From Candidatus Sulfotelmatobacter sp. (GTDB lineage Bacteria > Pseudomonadota > Alphaproteobacteria > Ferrovibrionales > Ferrovibrionaceae), in NCBI GenBank assembly GCA_035523835.1, contig DATKQA010000417.1, positions 1 to 27,088 on the forward strand: a stretch of DNA of 27,088 nt, written 5' to 3'. The notes under the pieces are model-generated. The model was not told the DNA's origin, did not search any database, and was given only the letters and a program-made list of their open reading frames with translations. This document shows positions 23,525 to 27,088 of this stretch, piece after piece. Position 1 is the stretch's first letter. Each line of letters begins with the position of its first letter. The translations under genes were made by a program, and so were the position numbers.

Positions 23525-24820
23525 GTGGGATGGGAGCAGGGGATGGTCGGCAGGCTTTCCGCGGTGGTGGACTTCGGCGTGGCGCCAGGCATTCGCGAGG
23601 CGCGGGCTTCGGCGGTTCGGGCGCTGAACATCATCGTGCTTGTGCTCTGCTGCATCGCGCTCGGTTCGGCGATCATGTCCGTGATCTTGATCTCCACCGA
23701 GCTGGCGCTGATCAACGTGATCTTCTTCCTGGTCTACGCAACCGCGCTTCTCTTGAACGGTGCCGGCAAGCTCGATGCGGCGCGCTGGGTCGCTCTCGGA
23801 TGCGCGGGATTGCACTACCTGACCGCCAACGTCGCGGTCGGCCAGACCGCCAGCGTCGATCTCTATGTGGTCGCCATGGCCTACGCGCCGATGCTGGCCT
23901 TCGCCCGCAGCGAGACGCGGAAACTCCTTGGCGCCTACGCGATCTTTCTCGCCAGCCTGTTGGCGGCGCAACTTTACCTGGCGTCGCACACGCCGATCTA
24001 CAGCCTGCCGGAGGCCGGCCGCATGCCCTCGCGCCTGTTCGCCCTGGTGATGCTGTCGGGTTTTTCCGCAGTCACCGTCTACTACTACCGGGCGGCGGCG
24101 ATCTCGGCGCAAATCAAGCTCTACCAGGCGAACCAGCGGCTGCATGAGCTGCTGGTCAACATCCTTCCTGTGGCCATCGCCGGGCGGCTGAGCAAGGGCG
24201 AGACGCCGATCGCCGATGCCCATGCGGAAGCGACCGTGTTGTTCGCCGATCTCGTCGGCTTCTCGGCGCTGTCCAAGCGGCTGGCGCCGGCGCACCTGGT
24301 CGAGCTGCTGAACGTGCTGTTCTCCCGCTTCGACGAGGCCGCGGCGCGCTTCGGCGTCGAGAAGATCAAGACCATCGGCGACTGCTACATGGCGGCGACC
24401 GGGGTGCTCGGCGATACCGCACGGCAGACCGAGGTGATGGCGGATTTCGCGCTGCAGATGCTCGATACCGTCGCCGCGGTCGGCAAAGAATTCGATCAGC
24501 CGCTCAAGCTTCGCATCGGCATCAGCACCGGCCCTGTCGTCGCCGGCGTCATCGGCCGGCGCAAATATGCCTACGATCTATGGGGCGACACGGTGAACCT
24601 CGCCAGCCGCATGGAGCACGACAGCGAGGGTGGCCAGATCCAGGTGACAGAATCAACCTATTGGCGCCTGCACCGAAATTTCGTCTTCCGCGAGCGCGGC
24701 GCGGTCGACATCAAGGGCTATCCCAACACGTCGGTCTATGTGCTGCTCGGGCGTTTCGTCGCGCCCGACGACGTGGTGCCGCTCGATCCAAAGCCGGTGC
24801 AGCCGACACGTTCGACCTGA
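23525..24820 (+). CDS. Membrane-anchored class III adenylate cyclase
   Basis: About 5-6 TM helices, then ATVLFADLVGFS, VEKIKTIGDCYM, RIGISTGPVVAG and YDLWGDTVNLASRME. The Lys (KIK) and Asp (YDLW) at the purine-specifying positions indicate ATP. Confidence 0.9.
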   Translation: MGWEQGMVGRLSAVVDFGVAPGIREARASAVRALNIIVLVLCCIALGSAIMSVILISTELALINVIFFLVYATALLLNGAGKLDAARWVALGCAGLHYLTANVAVGQTASVDLYVVAMAYAPMLAFARSETRKLLGAYAIFLASLLAAQLYLASHTPIYSLPEAGRMPSRLFALVMLSGFSAVTVYYYRAAAISAQIKLYQANQRLHELLVNILPVAIAGRLSKGETPIADAHAEATVLFADLVGFSALSKRLAPAHLVELLNVLFSRFDEAAARFGVEKIKTIGDCYMAATGVLGDTARQTEVMADFALQMLDTVAAVGKEFDQPLKLRIGISTGPVVAGVIGRRKYAYDLWGDTVNLASRMEHDSEGGQIQVTESTYWRLHRNFVFRERGAVDIKGYPNTSVYVLLGRFVAPDDVVPLDPKPVQPTRST

Positions 24821-24829
24821 GGCAGGCAT

Positions 24830-24858
24830 AAAACAAGGGCGCCCGTCGGGCGCCCTTG
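24830..24858 (-). terminator. Rho-independent terminator of the csp gene (between convergent genes)
   Basis: CAAGGGCGCCC-gtc-GGGCGCCCTTG perfect 11-bp stem; the minus strand continues TTTTAT. Confidence 0.8.
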
Positions 24859-24881
24859 CGTCTTGTCGAGAGTGGTTCGGC

Positions 24882-25085
24882 TCAGGCCGACTTCAGATTG
24901 TCGGCGGCGAACTTGCCGCGCTCGCTCACCACGTCATAGCTCAGCTTCTGACCTTCGGTCAGCGAGCCGAGACCGGCGCGCTCAACGGCGCTGATATGAA
25001 CGAAGACGTCCTTCGAGCCGTCGCTCGGCATGATGAAACCAAAACCCTTGGTCGGGTTGAACCACTTGACGGTACCGATAGCCAT
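24882..25085 (-). CDS. cspA: Cold-shock protein (CspA family), 67 aa
   Basis: GTVKWFNPTKGFGFI (RNP1), DVFVHISA (RNP2); RBS GGAGG. Confidence 0.95.
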   Translation of the reverse strand: MAIGTVKWFNPTKGFGFIMPSDGSKDVFVHISAVERAGLGSLTEGQKLSYDVVSERGKFAADNLKSA

Positions 25086-25288
25086 GATGGCCTCCAGATG
25101 GATGTGACGAATCGCGCCGCGCGATGCGTTTCACGCGGCCCGAGGCAGTTGCGGCTTCATGGTTATCTTGTAGAAGCGCCCCCTGAGGGGGTGGAACGGC
25201 AAGGGCCGAAGCGTAGCACTGACCGGCGATAGATGGGCGATACCGCGGCAAAATGCAAGTGGCGAATTTGTGACCGCGCTGCGCCGCC

Positions 25289-25966
25289 TCACGGGCCGAG
25301 GTACTCGGCGAGCTTGGCGGCGGCGCGGCGCCAGCTATCGGCCGCAGCATCGGGGTCGTAGCTATGCAGCCCTTCCAGGACGAAATCGTGGCCGGCACCG
25401 CGGTAGGTGACGAGCTCGAAAGGCAGGCCGGCCGCCGCCGCCGCGGCGCCGAGATCGCGTGCCGTCTTGATGGTGCAGCAGTGGCTCGATAGCTGGTCGG
25501 CCTCGCCGGCGAACATCAGCACCGGCACCTTCAGGCCGCGGACGAAGCTTGCCGCGTCGTTGATGCCGCGGGTGACCGGATACCAGAGCAGCGCGACGGC
25601 GACCAGGTCCGGCCAGGCGGTCGCGTTGCGCAGCAATTCGCCGCCGCCCATGGAGAAGCCGGCCACGCCGACCTTGCCGGGCAGCGCGTGCGGCGAGGAT
25701 TGCGCCCTGGCGATGGCCGCCCGCAGCGTGGAAGCCGACGTCATGGCGTGGCTGTCGAGCAGGATCGCGTCATAGCCGAGCGCGGCGATCCGGCGGGCCG
25801 GCGGCTGATAGGTGGAGGCGCCGAAGGCGCCGGAGACCACGACAACGAGCCGCCCCTTGCCGGCCGGCGGGGTGAACTCGCTCTGCGCCCGCGCGGCCGG
25901 GGCGAAGCCCGCGAGCCAGGTCAGGCAGGCGGCGAGCGCCATGCAGCAAGCCGAGTTCAGGCGCAT
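25289..25966 (-). CDS. Secreted dienelactone-hydrolase-like alpha/beta hydrolase (225 aa)
   Basis: Signal peptide (...APAARA|Q), nucleophile elbow VAGFSMGG, PVLMFAGEAD (Asp) and YRGAGHDF (His). Start ATG 25966 with GAGGGGGG RBS; this is the C-terminal part of track ORF 25289..26833. Confidence 0.85.
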   Translation of the reverse strand: MRLNSACCMALAACLTWLAGFAPAARAQSEFTPPAGKGRLVVVVSGAFGASTYQPPARRIAALGYDAILLDSHAMTSASTLRAAIARAQSSPHALPGKVGVAGFSMGGGELLRNATAWPDLVAVALLWYPVTRGINDAASFVRGLKVPVLMFAGEADQLSSHCCTIKTARDLGAAAAAAGLPFELVTYRGAGHDFVLEGLHSYDPDAAADSWRRAAAKLAEYLGP

Positions 25967-26055
25967 GCGTCCCCCCTCGCGCCGGCGGCCGGACGGCCGC
26001 CCGATCCGAGAGGTTACGCGGCGATCGAGGGGCCGGCAATCGGCCGCTGCCGGCT

Positions 26056-26802
26056 TCAGCTTCCGAAGCTCTTGACCAGCGAACCCGCGATGAGCGTCCA
26101 GCCGTCGACCAGCACGAAGAAGATGAGCTTGAAAGGCAGCGACAGCATGGCCGGCGGCAGCATCATCATGCCCATCGACATCAGCAGCGAGGCCACCACC
26201 ATGTCGATGACGATGAAGGGGATGAAGATCAGGAAGCCGATCTCGAAGGCGCGCTTGATCTCGCTGATCATGAAGGCCGGGATGAGGGCGCGGAGCGGCA
26301 CGTCGGCCGGGTCGGCGACCGGCGCGATGCGGCCCATGTCCATGAACAGCTTGAGGTCGCTCTCGTGCACATGGTCGATCATGAACTGGTGCACCGGCGC
26401 GACGGTGCGGTTGAAGGCGGTCTCCTCGTCGATCTTCTGCTCGATCAGCGGCTGGATGCCGTCGTGATAGGAGCGCTCGAAGGTCGGCTGCATGATGAAG
26501 CCGGTGAGGAACAGCGCCAGGCTGATCAGCACCACGTTGGGCGGCGCGGTCTGCACGCCAATGGCGCTGCGCAAGAGCGACAGCACGATGATGATGCGGG
26601 TGAACGAGGTCACCACGATCAGGATCGACGGCGCGAGCGAGAGCACGGTCAGCAGCGCTACGAGCTGCACGATGCGGCCGGTCAGCGTGCCGCCCTCGCC
26701 GAGATCGAGGCTGACCGATTGCGCCGCGGCCGGCCAGGCGGCGAGCAGCGCCGCCGCGCCGAGGCTCAGGGCCAGGCCGATGAGGAGTATACGCTTGTTC
26801 AT
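26056..26802 (-). CDS. fliP: Flagellar export protein FliP
   Basis: LLTVLSLAPSILIVVTSFTRIIIVLSLLRSAIG, PPNVVLISLALFLT, LIPAFMISEIKRAFEIGF and ISLPFK-like MLSLPFKLIFFVLVDGW. Confidence 0.97.
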   Translation of the reverse strand: MNKRILLIGLALSLGAAALLAAWPAAAQSVSLDLGEGGTLTGRIVQLVALLTVLSLAPSILIVVTSFTRIIIVLSLLRSAIGVQTAPPNVVLISLALFLTGFIMQPTFERSYHDGIQPLIEQKIDEETAFNRTVAPVHQFMIDHVHESDLKLFMDMGRIAPVADPADVPLRALIPAFMISEIKRAFEIGFLIFIPFIVIDMVVASLLMSMGMMMLPPAMLSLPFKLIFFVLVDGWTLIAGSLVKSFGS

Positions 26803-27086
26803 GGCGCGGCCTCGTTGTCGGCGGCGGCGGCAATGCCGCTTTCCACCAGGAGATCGGCGTTCTGGCCGAGCAGCACCAGATGTTCGACCGCGTCGCGGCG
26901 GATCAGCACCAGGCGGCGGCGTGCATCGACCGGCGCCACCTCCACCACCTGCAGGCGGCGGCCCTGGCTCGCACCGGTCGCCCGCGGCATCAGGCCGAAG
27001 CGGCGCGCCGCCACGGCGACCACGCCGATCAGCGCCAGCACGGCGATCAGCGCCGCGACGAACCGCAGATACTGACTGAAATCCAT
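26799..27086 (-). CDS. fliO: Flagellar export protein FliO
   Basis: One TM, then RRLQVVEVAPVDARRRLVLIRRDAVEHLVLLG; 4-nt overlap with fliP. Confidence 0.9.
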   Translation of the reverse strand: MDFSQYLRFVAALIAVLALIGVVAVAARRFGLMPRATGASQGRRLQVVEVAPVDARRRLVLIRRDAVEHLVLLGQNADLLVESGIAAAADNEAAP

Positions 27087-27088
27087 GG

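Noticed and set aside
25086-25288. Possible cspA thermosensor 5' UTR and promoter
   Set aside because: Small hairpins are present, but I could not place a convincing -35/-10 pair or match a known structure by eye.
25289-26833. 514-aa ORF as a FliP-hydrolase fusion
   Set aside because: The upstream part is out of frame with fliP. The hydrolase has its own RBS, ATG (25966) and signal peptide.
1-27088. Mobile elements, CRISPR arrays, tRNA/rRNA
   Set aside because: I saw no transposase or integrase motifs, no regularly spaced repeats and no cloverleaf or rRNA-like sequence; intergenic gaps are short and explained by promoters or terminators.

Overview
A GC-rich alphaproteobacterial flagellar locus with a Caulobacter/Rhodospirillales-type CtrA / FliX-FlbD-sigma54 / FlbT-FlaF regulatory layout. 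Left to right: a TPR-GT41 (OGT/SPINDLY-like) glycosyltransferase on the minus strand that runs off the left edge (absent from the ORF track); flagellin-1-flbT-flaF1; flagellin-2-flaF2; a minus-strand run flgI-flgJ-flbY/flgN-like-[TPR-ATP-grasp ligase]-[group II PLP decarboxylase]; fliX; dksA; flgF-flgG-flgA-flgH; fliL-fliM-PflI-like-motE; cheY-cheZ-large secreted TPR protein; a membrane adenylate cyclase; a cold-shock protein; a secreted alpha/beta hydrolase; fliO-fliP. I could read four sigma54 promoters, four CtrA boxes, four ftr (FlbD) clusters and two IHF sites directly from the DNA. I saw no mobile element, tRNA/rRNA or CRISPR array. The best candidate for an undescribed system is the TPR-ATP-grasp plus decarboxylase pair at the end of the sigma54 flgI operon. 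It may make an amine and ligate it to flagellin or to its glycan. A second TPR-guided enzyme (GT41) lies on the other side of two short, Ser/Thr-rich flagellins. All family calls come from motif recognition and counts were done by hand; no database search was run.
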